From an uncultured Flavobacteriaceae bacterium (GTDB lineage Bacteria; Bacteroidota; Bacteroidia; Flavobacteriales; Flavobacteriaceae), in contig CAVXJE010000001.1 in NCBI GenBank assembly GCA_963762065.1, positions 92,191 to 156,190 on the forward strand: 64,000 bases of DNA. Reading direction: 5' to 3'. Each line of letters starts with the position of its first letter. Position 1 is the first letter of the stretch. Shown piece after piece: positions 41,023 through 50,533 of the stretch. Below the pieces are notes generated by a model. It saw only the letters and a list, made by a program, of their open reading frames with translations. It was not told the origin of the DNA and did no database searches. The position numbers and the translations under genes were made by a program.

Positions 41023-42030
41023 TTAAATGACCTGAAACCCATGTGCATATGGGTCATCATCGTCAATACTAATTGTATTGTGGCCATAGATTTTGGCCCA
41101 ACCTTGAATACTTGGAACTATAGCCTGTATACCAGCCAAAGAGGTCTCCTCCTCTATTCTGCCAATGAATTGGGAGCCAATATAACTTTCATGTATGAAT
41201 GCTTCACCGGCCTTCAATTTTCCTTTGGCATACCATTGGGCCATTCTTGCCGAAGTCCCTGTGCCACACGGTGAACGATCTATCGCTTTGTCACCATAAA
41301 AAACAGCGTTACGGGCAGTTGCTTCGGGTGAAATGGTTTTTCCTGTCCATAATATATGGCTTACATTACGAATAGTACTGTCTTCTGGATGAATGAATTT
41401 ATCTGGGTATTTTTGATTTATTTTATCCCGTATTTCCTGACTGAACTGTATCAACTTACTCGCTGTAAAATCTTGAATTCCGGAAAAATTCTTTTGGGAA
41501 TCCAAAATGGCATAGAAATTTCCTCCGTAGGAAACATCAAAAACCAGTTCACCCAATTCCGAGCATTCAATGGTCAAATCCGTTGCTGCCAAATATGATT
41601 TTACATTAGTCAGTTTTACCCAATCCACTTTATTACCGGTCTGTTGGTATTCTACCTGAACAAGCCCTGCAGGCGTTTCCATTCTAATTTTTCCAGGGGT
41701 TTTAGGTTCCAATAGGCCCTCCTCTATTCCGATGGTTATTGCTCCAATAGTTCCATGTCCACACATGGGTAAGCAACCACTGGTTTCAATAAAAAGAATT
41801 CCAAAATCATTTTCGGGATTTGCAGGTGGGTAGAAAATACTACCGCTCATCATATCATGTCCACGTGGCTCGAACATTAGTCCTTTTCGAATCCAGTCGA
41901 ATTCACTAAGGAAATGTTGTCTTTTTTCACTCATGTTGTTGCCTTTTAGGTCCGGACCCCCTTTGGCTACAACTCTTACAGGATTTCCACAGGTATGTGC
42001 ATCAATACAGGTAAATGTATTACGACCCAT
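41023..42030 (-). CDS. 4-hydroxyproline 2-epimerase (proline racemase family)
   Basis: EPRGHDMMSG, MCGHG and DRSPCGTGTSA (both catalytic Cys present). Confidence 0.92.
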   Translation of the reverse strand: MGRNTFTCIDAHTCGNPVRVVAKGGPDLKGNNMSEKRQHFLSEFDWIRKGLMFEPRGHDMMSGSIFYPPANPENDFGILFIETSGCLPMCGHGTIGAITIGIEEGLLEPKTPGKIRMETPAGLVQVEYQQTGNKVDWVKLTNVKSYLAATDLTIECSELGELVFDVSYGGNFYAILDSQKNFSGIQDFTASKLIQFSQEIRDKINQKYPDKFIHPEDSTIRNVSHILWTGKTISPEATARNAVFYGDKAIDRSPCGTGTSARMAQWYAKGKLKAGEAFIHESYIGSQFIGRIEEETSLAGIQAIVPSIQGWAKIYGHNTISIDDDDPYAHGFQVI

Positions 42031-42053
42031 TTTTTATTATTGATTTGGCGAAT

Positions 42054-43637
42054 CTAAATTTTTCTTTTGGTTTGCGCATTATTTACCAATCTAGAAATGT
42101 CCAATGGATTTGAATTTTTCAATTCATCTGGCAGCAAACTGTCTGGCCAATCTTGATAACTAACAGGTCGTACCCATCGTTTTATAGAATGAATACCAAC
42201 TGCTGTGAATCTGCTATCGGTCGAAGAAGGATATGGGCCTCCATGTTGCATTGAAGGGCAAACTTCCACTCCGGTAGGCACTCCGTTGTAAATTAATCTC
42301 CCTACCCTATTCTGCAATGCGTCTATGATTGGCGTATACTTTGATAATTCACGGTCCTCAGCGATAATAGTGCCAGTAAGTTGTCCTTCTAACTTGGAAA
42401 TAATCAATTCTAACTGCTTTGCGTCCTCACATTGCACTACAATCGAATAAGGGCCAAAAACCTCTTGGTGTAATGTGGTATTTTCCAAAAATGTATTGCC
42501 TTCGACCGTTGTTATGGTCTGCCTGGCATAATTTTCTTTTACATCAGAATCAAAACTTGCAATCACCTTAAGTCCACCTTGGGAAACTGCTCTTTGTTTA
42601 TTGCCTTCAAAGGCCCCTATGATATTAGGGTGAAGCATACAGGACGGTTCAATCTTGATTATCTCATTTGAAAGTTGCTCAATAAAAGCAGTTAATCCTT
42701 CACCTTTTATTCCTAGCAACAAACCCGGGTTGGTACAAAACTGTCCACTACCCAAGGTAATGGAACCTGCGTAGGTCTTAGCTAATTGCATTCCTCTATG
42801 TTTTGTTGCTTCCGGAAGAATAACGACTGGGTTTACGCTCCCCATTTCGGCAAAAACAGGAATTGGTTCCTCACGTTTGGATGCCAAATCGAATAAAGCC
42901 CTACCACCACGAATACTACCTGTAAAACCAACGGCCTTTACTTGTGGGTGCTGAACCAACTCAACACCTACCTCAATACCACTGCTGTTCAAATTCGAAA
43001 AAATACCATTGGGCATATTTGTTTTCCCAGCAGCCCTTATTATGGCCGAGGCTACCAATTCGCCCGTACCAGCATGCATTGGATGGGATTTCACAATTAC
43101 TGGACAACCTGCTGCGAAAGCAGCCGCGGTGTCCCCTCCGGCCGTTGAATAGGCCAATGGAAAATTACTCGCCCCAAAAACCACGACTGGCCCTAAAGGA
43201 ATCAACATTTTACGCAAATCGGGCTTTGGTATAGGGACTCTATCCGGGATAGCAGTATCTATAGTCGCCTCAACCCAAGAACCTTCTCTGACCAGTTCGG
43301 CGAATGCCCTAAGCTGACCAACCGTCCTGCCGCGCTCACCCATAGCTCTTCCAGCAGGTAAACCAGTTTCCGAGCAATAGGTTTGAATTAATTCGTCATC
43401 CAAGGCCAGAATTTCATCCGCTATGGTATTCAGGAAATCCGCTTTTTTCGACCCAGATATTTTACTGAACTCCCGATAGGCATTTTTCGCCAATGTAACC
43501 GCTTCATTGATTTCTTCTGAAGTTGCCTCCAAAAAAGAGGTTTCATTCTCTAGGTTCAATTGTGGATTAAATGTCTTAAAGGATTTTCCGCCTTTGGCAG
43601 ATTGTTTATTTCCTATATAATTTTTACCTGATATCAT
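42054..43637 (-). CDS. NADP-dependent aldehyde dehydrogenase, alpha-ketoglutaric semialdehyde dehydrogenase type
   Basis: VFGASNFPLAYS, AEMGSVNP, GQFCTNPG, EVFGP, PTGVEV…HGGPYP. Confidence 0.9.
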   Translation of the reverse strand: MISGKNYIGNKQSAKGGKSFKTFNPQLNLENETSFLEATSEEINEAVTLAKNAYREFSKISGSKKADFLNTIADEILALDDELIQTYCSETGLPAGRAMGERGRTVGQLRAFAELVREGSWVEATIDTAIPDRVPIPKPDLRKMLIPLGPVVVFGASNFPLAYSTAGGDTAAAFAAGCPVIVKSHPMHAGTGELVASAIIRAAGKTNMPNGIFSNLNSSGIEVGVELVQHPQVKAVGFTGSIRGGRALFDLASKREEPIPVFAEMGSVNPVVILPEATKHRGMQLAKTYAGSITLGSGQFCTNPGLLLGIKGEGLTAFIEQLSNEIIKIEPSCMLHPNIIGAFEGNKQRAVSQGGLKVIASFDSDVKENYARQTITTVEGNTFLENTTLHQEVFGPYSIVVQCEDAKQLELIISKLEGQLTGTIIAEDRELSKYTPIIDALQNRVGRLIYNGVPTGVEVCPSMQHGGPYPSSTDSRFTAVGIHSIKRWVRPVSYQDWPDSLLPDELKNSNPLDISRLVNNAQTKRKI

Positions 43638-43735
43638 ATATTAATAGTGCTTGTGCTTTGAATCATTTTCATTACCAAAGTATAGAATTTATCGTTGAAA
43701 CAAGAAGTTGTTCCAAAATTTAATTTAGTCCTCAA

Positions 43736-44662
43736 TTAAAGGCTGTGAGTTACTGATTTATAATCTGGTAAAATAGGTCTGGTGCGAATACCTTCTTCAA
43801 TAATATTCAAAACCCGATTTCGCTCAACCCCTTGTAAAGGCAATCTAGGGGCTCTTACGTTTTCTGTCCCAATTCCGGTGCCTACTTCCGCTAATTTAAT
43901 ATTTTGAACCAATTGTGGGCTTATGTCCAATTCCAATAAAGGTAAGAACCATCGATAAATTGCTATAGCCTCTTTAACTCTCCCTGCTTTAACCAATTCA
44001 TGAATTGCAACCGTTTCTTCGGGGAAGGCACAAACAAGACCGGCTACCCAACCATCCGCACCCATGAGAATACTTTCCAAAGCCAAAGTATCAACACCGC
44101 ATAGTACCTTCAATCTATTGCCAAATCTATTCCTGATTCTCGTAATATTAGAAATATCGCGCGTTGACTCCTTTACAGCCTCAATATTATCATGCACCAA
44201 GAGCTCTTCGAACATGTCCAAAGTCACTTCAATCTTGTAATCAACAGGGTTGTTATAAATCATTATAGGTAACTCCGTACTCTGGGCAACTGCTTTAAAA
44301 TAGGCTACAGTTTCATAGTCCGTGGCATTGTATCTCATTGGTGGCAACATCATTAATCCGCTGGCACCATATTCTTTGGCTCTTTTGGCAGCCAAAATAG
44401 CACCTTTGGTACTTTGTTCGGCAATATTGATAATTACAGGAATTTTTCCATCAACGATTTCAACTGTTTCTTGTATCAAAATTCGCTTTTCATCATCATT
44501 TAGGGTACTCGCCTCGCCTAATGTTCCTCCAAGGATTATTCCACTAACCCCTGCATTAAGTTGTGCTTCGATGTTGGTGCGGAACATTTTTAAGTCTAAA
44601 GTATCGTCTTCATTGAATTTTGTGGTAACAGCTGGCATTACACCTTTCCATTGTACTTTCAT
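43736..44662 (-). CDS. DHDPS-family protein, probable 1-pyrroline-4-hydroxy-2-carboxylate deaminase
   Basis: WKGVMPAVTT, GGTLGE, YNNPVDY, AVKES; first gene of the Hyp operon. Confidence 0.88.
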   Translation of the reverse strand: MKVQWKGVMPAVTTKFNEDDTLDLKMFRTNIEAQLNAGVSGIILGGTLGEASTLNDDEKRILIQETVEIVDGKIPVIINIAEQSTKGAILAAKRAKEYGASGLMMLPPMRYNATDYETVAYFKAVAQSTELPIMIYNNPVDYKIEVTLDMFEELLVHDNIEAVKESTRDISNITRIRNRFGNRLKVLCGVDTLALESILMGADGWVAGLVCAFPEETVAIHELVKAGRVKEAIAIYRWFLPLLELDISPQLVQNIKLAEVGTGIGTENVRAPRLPLQGVERNRVLNIIEEGIRTRPILPDYKSVTHSL

Positions 44663-44691
44663 AATAGAATTTTTTATTTGAATAACTAGAA

Positions 44692-44699
44692 CAAAAATA
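44692..44699 (-). promoter_or_regulatory. -7 promoter element (TATTTTTG) for the hydroxyproline operon
   Basis: Exact TAnnTTTG on the minus strand, 30 nt upstream of the ATG at 44662. Confidence 0.6.
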
Positions 44700-44810
44700 C
44701 CATTGATATCTGATTTACATTGAATCAATTTTAACCATAATTATGATTATATTACCTATATTATGTGTTATTTTAATAATATATGCTTAATATTTGCGTA
44801 ATTTTATTCT

Positions 44811-45665
44811 ATGAGAGTCCTTCCTTTTAAAATTCCAAAACCCCTAAACCAGAATTTGATTGTACAGGTAGATCAATCACAAATGTTTTACAATCAACTA
44901 CATCAGCATGAAGAATTACAACTTAGTTTAATATTAAAAGGTCAAGGAAAGCTTGTTGTTGGAGATAGTATACATCAGTTTACCAAGGGTGATTTTTTTG
45001 TTATCGGCGCCAATTGTCCACATTTATTTCAAAGCGAACAGATGGATGGGGATGTGAAAATGATTTCTTTGTTCTTCACAAGGGAATCTTTCGGAAGTGA
45101 CTTTTTTGATTTGGCCGATATTGAAGAAATCCATTCATTTTTTAATATAGCCAAAGACGGATTTCAACTACTGTCCAATACCAAAATGGTCATGGATATA
45201 ATGCTTAAATTTCCTGATTCTGATAAGCTTACACGTTTTATTAATCTATTGAATCTATTGAAGATACTATGCGAGGTTGATAAAAAAGTATTGACCAACT
45301 TTGTATATTCAAAGAAAATAAGTTCTAGTGAAGGCCAGCGTATGCAAGTTATTTTTGATTTTGTCATTAACAATTTTCAGAACAAGATTGCCTTGGAAAC
45401 TGTTGCAGAACTGGCCTTTATGACCCCAAATGCATTCTGCAGATTTTTTAAAAATCGTACCAACAAAACTTTTTTCCAATTTCTAATCGAGCTTAGAATC
45501 GAACATGCATGCCAACTGCTTGTAGATACTAATCTTTCTATTGCAGGAATATCCGAACAATCAGGTTTTAATTCAATTTCCAATTTCAATCGTAAATTCA
45601 AATCATTGAAAGGTATATCCCCTTCCCAATATATGAACCAAAAGATACCAAGGTTGGCTTTTTAA
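44811..45665 (+). CDS. AraC family transcriptional regulator (cupin + HTH), divergent from the Hyp operon
   Basis: LHQHEELQL cupin; MTPNAFCRFFK and SGFNSISNFNRKFK HTH motifs. Confidence 0.93.
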   Translation: MRVLPFKIPKPLNQNLIVQVDQSQMFYNQLHQHEELQLSLILKGQGKLVVGDSIHQFTKGDFFVIGANCPHLFQSEQMDGDVKMISLFFTRESFGSDFFDLADIEEIHSFFNIAKDGFQLLSNTKMVMDIMLKFPDSDKLTRFINLLNLLKILCEVDKKVLTNFVYSKKISSSEGQRMQVIFDFVINNFQNKIALETVAELAFMTPNAFCRFFKNRTNKTFFQFLIELRIEHACQLLVDTNLSIAGISEQSGFNSISNFNRKFKSLKGISPSQYMNQKIPRLAF

Positions 45666-45718
45666 CGTTAGTAAAGTCCATTTTCTGTTCTTTATAAGTC
45701 AATTCATCAAGTTTTGAG

Positions 45719-45726
45719 TATTTTTG
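45719..45726 (+). promoter_or_regulatory. -7 promoter element (TATTTTTG) for the M28 peptidase
   Basis: Exact TAnnTTTG 21 nt upstream of the ATG at 45748. Confidence 0.55.
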
Positions 45727-45747
45727 AAACCGATAAATAGTTGCAGT

Positions 45748-47307
45748 ATGAAAAAAATAATTCTAGTTGTTTTTGGATTGGTTTTGGCGTGTAATTCTTC
45801 CCAAAAAATCGTCCCAGATAAAACAACAACCATAATATCAGGTGCTGACCCGAAAATTTATGCCGAAACAATTACCGAATCTGAATTAAAAGAACATCTG
45901 TTTGTTTATGCATCGGATGAATTTGAAGGTCGAGAGACCGGACAGCCTGGGCAGAAAAAAGCTATAGAATACATAAAGAACGCATATGTTGAATTGGGGA
46001 TACCTGCTGCAAAAGGTGATAATGATTATTACCAAAACGTACCCTTGGAAATGAGTAAGTTACCATCTGGAACTATTCGTTTCAATGGGACTGAATTGGA
46101 AATCGGAGAGCATTTCCTGACTTTTACTACAGCGGAAGGCTCGTATAAAAATATCGTTTATGCGGGTTATGGCATTGAAGAAGGAACTTATTCGGATTTT
46201 GAAGGGTTGGATGTTGAAGGTAAATTGGTTCTGGTAAAATTCGGAGAACCAAAAAATGATGACGGAACCTACAAAATATCGGGTACAAACAAAAAATCAG
46301 TTTGGAGCAACATGTCAGAATCACCGGATAAACGTGCTAACTTAATTTCCGAAAAAGGGGGCAATGGTATGTTATATGTTGATGATGCGAATTATGCAAG
46401 ATTTAAAGGTTATTTTGACAGAATGAAAAGGAATAATTCAGGAAGTTTAATGTTAAAGCCAAAAAATCCGGAATTTATAACTGTATTATTGGACAAAACC
46501 GCCGCAACCGGATTATTATCAACTATTTATGAATCTGACACCCCACAGACTATAAATGTGGAAATAAACCTTAATGTTACTTCTGAGGATAATGAGGTCA
46601 ATTCTGAAAATGTAATTGCTTTCATTGAAGGTTCGACCAAGCCGAATGAATATATTGTTATCTCATCCCATTTAGATCATATTGGCGTAACTGCGGATGG
46701 TGAGATTAATAACGGTGCAGATGACGATGGTTCAGGGACTGTTGCTTTATTGGAAATCGCCGAAGCTTTTAAAATAGCTGCGGATGCAGGTATTGGTCCA
46801 AAGCGGTCTATTGTTTTCTTGCATTTAACAGGAGAGGAAAAAGGATTATTGGGTTCACAATATTACACAGATGTTGAACCTATTTTCCCATTGGAACAAA
46901 CCGTTGCAAATTTGAATATTGATATGATCGGTAGGATTGACCCTAAACGCAATGGGGATCGCAATTACATTTATGTCATTGGTTCCGACAAACTCAGTAA
47001 GGATTTGCACAACCTTTCGGAAGAAATTAATAAAAAATATGCGAAATTGGAATTGGATTATAAATATAATGATGAAAATGACCCTAATCGCTTTTATTAT
47101 AGAAGTGATCATTACAATTTTGCAAAAAACAACATACCTATCATATTCTATTTTAATGGAACACATGAAGATTATCACCGACCAAGTGATACCCCGGATA
47201 AAATAAATTACGATCTTTTAGAGAATAGGGCACGATTGATTTTTTATACAGCATGGGAAATCTCAAACCGTGATAAAAGAGTGATACTGGATAAGTCATC
47301 AAAATAA
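45748..47307 (+). CDS. M28 family metallopeptidase lipoprotein with PA domain
   Basis: Lipobox VLAC; EGRETG; SSHLDH; GADDDGSG; GEEKGLLGS; NIDMIGR; RSDHYNF; HEDYH. Confidence 0.93.
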   Translation: MKKIILVVFGLVLACNSSQKIVPDKTTTIISGADPKIYAETITESELKEHLFVYASDEFEGRETGQPGQKKAIEYIKNAYVELGIPAAKGDNDYYQNVPLEMSKLPSGTIRFNGTELEIGEHFLTFTTAEGSYKNIVYAGYGIEEGTYSDFEGLDVEGKLVLVKFGEPKNDDGTYKISGTNKKSVWSNMSESPDKRANLISEKGGNGMLYVDDANYARFKGYFDRMKRNNSGSLMLKPKNPEFITVLLDKTAATGLLSTIYESDTPQTINVEINLNVTSEDNEVNSENVIAFIEGSTKPNEYIVISSHLDHIGVTADGEINNGADDDGSGTVALLEIAEAFKIAADAGIGPKRSIVFLHLTGEEKGLLGSQYYTDVEPIFPLEQTVANLNIDMIGRIDPKRNGDRNYIYVIGSDKLSKDLHNLSEEINKKYAKLELDYKYNDENDPNRFYYRSDHYNFAKNNIPIIFYFNGTHEDYHRPSDTPDKINYDLLENRARLIFYTAWEISNRDKRVILDKSSK

Positions 47308-47326
47308 GCCAAAAATCAAAACATAC

Positions 47327-47362
47327 AAAAAAAGCCCTAACAATACTGTCAGGGCTTTTTGT
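47327..47362. terminator. Bidirectional intrinsic terminator between the M28 gene and tRNA-His
   Basis: AAAAGCCCTAACA-atac-TGTCAGGGCTTTT with flanking A and T tracts. Confidence 0.8.
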
Positions 47363-47366
47363 TTTG

Positions 47367-47441
47367 GGTGGAAGACGGGATTCGAACCCGCGACCCTCGG
47401 TACCACAAACCGATGCTCTAACCAACTGAGCTACAACCACC
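47367..47441 (-). tRNA. tRNA-His (GUG), including encoded G-1; CCA not encoded
   Basis: GGTGGTTGTAGCTCAGTTGGTTAGAGCATCGGTTTGTGGTACCGAGGGTCGCGGGTTCGAATCCCGTCTTCCACC; anticodon stem TCGGT/ACCGA, loop TT-GTG-GT; TTCGAAT T-loop. Confidence 0.96.
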
Positions 47442-47454
47442 ATTTAAGCGGTGG

Positions 47455-47462
47455 CAAAGTTA
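47455..47462 (-). promoter_or_regulatory. -7 promoter element (TAACTTTG) for tRNA-His
   Basis: Exact TAnnTTTG 14 nt upstream of the tRNA. Confidence 0.65.
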
Positions 47463-47703
47463 ATTTTTTTTAAGTGATCTTGCCAATTAAATGATATTAT
47501 ATTTTCGGAGGTATTCCTAAAAATTTACTTAATATTAAACCTAACTTGTTTCCCCGACAATAAACAAAAGGGCAAAACATCGACAAAATGCACGATTTAT
47601 AAGACAAAACACACAAAAATCGCCGTTTCACAACATAAATTAGAATACCCTTCTATTGGATATTAATTTTATCTATTGCAAATTCAAAGCACTTAGATCT
47701 GAA

Positions 47704-49800
47704 ATGTCCTTACTAAAAACCAATTATTCAATCCCATACAATCCTTTGAAAAAGTTTGCCATGCTTTTGGTTTTACTATTTTATGGTATAAATACGTCCT
47801 ATTCGCAATTAAGCACAAAGGATAGTTTGGAGTTGAACATAAAAATAGCAAGGTCTAAGGATAATTTTAGTCCAAATGATACCCTATTTATTGACATGGT
47901 AAATAAATTAGGCCGTGAACTCCGTTATTTTAAAGCAGATAGTTTATTACTCCTTTCAGAACAAGCGCTAAAACTTAGTCAATCCACTGGTTTTGTCAAA
48001 GGTGAATGCAATTCACTTTTGGGAATTGGTGATTATTATTCAGACAAAGGAAATCATGAAAAGGGGATTTCATATTATCAAAAAGCGCTGAGCTTGGCAA
48101 CTGGTATTAATGATTCCGAACTTATTGTTAGAACTCAAAACAACTTGTCTGGGGAATATGGGTACAAAGGGGATTATGCTAAGGCTTTGAGCGGTTATCT
48201 TGAGGGTGTTGAATTGGCCAAAGTGATAGACGACAAGCTTATGCAGTCTATTATAAACGAAAACATTGCCAACCTTTACGCTTCACAAAAGGATTATGAA
48301 CAGGCTCTGGATTTTTACAAATTAGTTAAAAGGATAAACGAGAAAATAGGAAATGATATCTATTCTGCAGAAACAATGAGCAATATGGCCTCACTATATG
48401 CAGATATGGGCAATTTGGAATATGCCATGTTCAATGTAAACAGTAGTATCACAGTTTTTGAAAAAAATGAAATCTTGGATTGGCTTGCTTATGCTTATGA
48501 AATTAAGGGAAAAACTTACCTAAAGGAAAACAAGTTCAAATGGGCACTTTATTGGTATAAGCAAAGTGAAATGCTACACGAAAACTTAGAAGATGACAGA
48601 GGTAAAATTGATTTGCTCAACGGTTTTGCAGAAGCATATTTAGGGCTGCAAAATGATAGCCTCTCACAACAATACGCTTTAAATGCATTCGAAATCTCAA
48701 ATAAGTTGAAATTCAAGGAGGGTACCCAAAAATGTGCTAAAACCTTATTTAAAATTCATAAAAACAGGAAAGATTTTGATAAGGCACTTGAGTATCATGA
48801 GCTTTACCAACAGCTATCTGACACTTTATCACGAAATGAAAACAAGAAAAGTCTTACCATGTTGAAAACAAAAATTGAACATGATAAACAAAAAGAAGAT
48901 TTGATCAATCAAAATGAAAAAGCACTTGCCAAGCAAAAAAATTACGTTTATGCCGCATTGAGTATACTATTGGTCTTTCTAGTGGTTACATTTTTAATGA
49001 AGCGCAGTGAAAGAATCCAAAAGAAACTTAACAAAGAACTTTTTGCAAAAACAGCGGAATTGGTTAAACACGAAAAAGAACTAAGGGATAGTAATGAAAC
49101 AAAAGATAAGCTATTTTCTATTATCGGACATGATCTTAGAGGTCCCATTGGGGCATTTCAGGGCTTGTTAAAACTTTATAGGGATAAGGAAATAAGTCAA
49201 GAAGAATTTTTGGATTTTATCCCAAAATTAGGTGCCGACATAGATAATATTTCCTTTACGCTAAACAATCTACTTTCATGGGGCCAGACGCAAATGAATG
49301 GATCTGTTACCAAACCTTCAGTAATTGCAATCGATAACATTGTAAATGATAATATTAATCTACTTTCTGAAATTGCCACCAGCAAGTCGATCAAGCTGAT
49401 CAACCAACTACCTTCAAATACGATGGTATGGTCAGATGGTAATCAAATAGACATTGTCTTACGTAATCTAATAAGTAATGCCTTGAAGTTTACCCCGGAA
49501 AAGGGAATGATTACCATTGGTGCAATCGAAAGAACCAATAATTGGGAAATTTCCGTACGGGATACAGGAGTTGGTATGGATAAAGGTACGTTAGAGAAAC
49601 TTTTTATGAAAAACTCAAACCATACTACCTACGGCACCAATAATGAAAAAGGCACCGGTTTGGGTCTTTCACTTTGTAAAGAAATGGTTGAAAAAAACAA
49701 TGGCACTATCTGGGTCGAAAGCATAATCAATAGAGGCTCGTCTTTCAATTTTACAGTACCCAAAGCAAAACCACCTAAAAACTATCAAAAAGCCGGTTAA
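47704..49800 (+). CDS. TPR-repeat sensor histidine kinase (orphan); start uncertain (47656/47704/47761)
   Basis: N-terminal hydrophobic segment; TPR-like repeats; TM; IIGHDLRGP H-box; NLISNALKFT; DTGVG; EKGTGLGL. Confidence 0.9.
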   Translation: MSLLKTNYSIPYNPLKKFAMLLVLLFYGINTSYSQLSTKDSLELNIKIARSKDNFSPNDTLFIDMVNKLGRELRYFKADSLLLLSEQALKLSQSTGFVKGECNSLLGIGDYYSDKGNHEKGISYYQKALSLATGINDSELIVRTQNNLSGEYGYKGDYAKALSGYLEGVELAKVIDDKLMQSIINENIANLYASQKDYEQALDFYKLVKRINEKIGNDIYSAETMSNMASLYADMGNLEYAMFNVNSSITVFEKNEILDWLAYAYEIKGKTYLKENKFKWALYWYKQSEMLHENLEDDRGKIDLLNGFAEAYLGLQNDSLSQQYALNAFEISNKLKFKEGTQKCAKTLFKIHKNRKDFDKALEYHELYQQLSDTLSRNENKKSLTMLKTKIEHDKQKEDLINQNEKALAKQKNYVYAALSILLVFLVVTFLMKRSERIQKKLNKELFAKTAELVKHEKELRDSNETKDKLFSIIGHDLRGPIGAFQGLLKLYRDKEISQEEFLDFIPKLGADIDNISFTLNNLLSWGQTQMNGSVTKPSVIAIDNIVNDNINLLSEIATSKSIKLINQLPSNTMVWSDGNQIDIVLRNLISNALKFTPEKGMITIGAIERTNNWEISVRDTGVGMDKGTLEKLFMKNSNHTTYGTNNEKGTGLGLSLCKEMVEKNNGTIWVESIINRGSSFNFTVPKAKPPKNYQKAG

Positions 49801-50519
49801 ACGAGCTTATCCAAACTTTCAATTGCAATACAACGTTCTGTAGTAAACCCTTCAGCGTGTCTTACCCCAATTAGTCGACCTAAATCCCTTGCCCTATAAT
49901 TAATACTTTCCAAGAAGTTCTTACTGCTTATTGGCGTTTCAGGCTCATTACTTTTCGGATTATGCATTTGGGATGAATATGCCAAAATGGCTTCCATCTT
50001 TTTATCAATGAATCCAGAGACATCAACAACAAAATCGGGTTCAAGATTCTTCCATTGAATATAGTGATACACTTGTTTTGGTCGCCAAGGATCCTGCCAT
50101 TGGTCATCGCCTTCCATCATTGTATCTATTTTCAGCAAACCACTCAAGAAGCAAGCGTCACTAACCAATTTACTCCCTTTTGCATGGTCTATATGACGAT
50201 CATCAACAGCATTGCACAATACTATTTCGGGTTGATATTTACGTATCATTCGAATTACCGCCATTTGGTGCTTTCTATCATTTACGAAAAAACCATCCGC
50301 GAATTCAAGGTTTTCACGAACCACAATTCCCAATATTTTGGCAGCATGGGCAGCTTCTTTGTCCCTAATTTCGGCAGAGCCCCTTGTTCCAAGTTCCCCA
50401 CGGGTTAAATCGACTATTCCAACTTTTTTACCGTTGGCAATTTCCTTTGCAATGGTAGCTCCTGCCCCAAGTTCTGCATCATCAGGGTGTGCCCCGAAAA
50501 CCAATATATCTAGTTTCAT
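49797..50519 (-). CDS. bshB1: Bacillithiol biosynthesis deacetylase BshB1 (PIG-L/LmbE family)
   Basis: FGAHPDDAEL, DLTRGELGTRG, RHIDH, HAEGF. Confidence 0.88.
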   Translation of the reverse strand: MKLDILVFGAHPDDAELGAGATIAKEIANGKKVGIVDLTRGELGTRGSAEIRDKEAAHAAKILGIVVRENLEFADGFFVNDRKHQMAVIRMIRKYQPEIVLCNAVDDRHIDHAKGSKLVSDACFLSGLLKIDTMMEGDDQWQDPWRPKQVYHYIQWKNLEPDFVVDVSGFIDKKMEAILAYSSQMHNPKSNEPETPISSKNFLESINYRARDLGRLIGVRHAEGFTTERCIAIESLDKLV

Positions 50520-50533
50520 TTATTAAATTGAAA

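Noticed and set aside
47367-47441. tRNA-His as an integration site for a genomic island
   Set aside because: A terminator and an ordinary peptidase gene follow its 3' end; I saw no integrase and no duplicated tRNA 3' fragment in the window.
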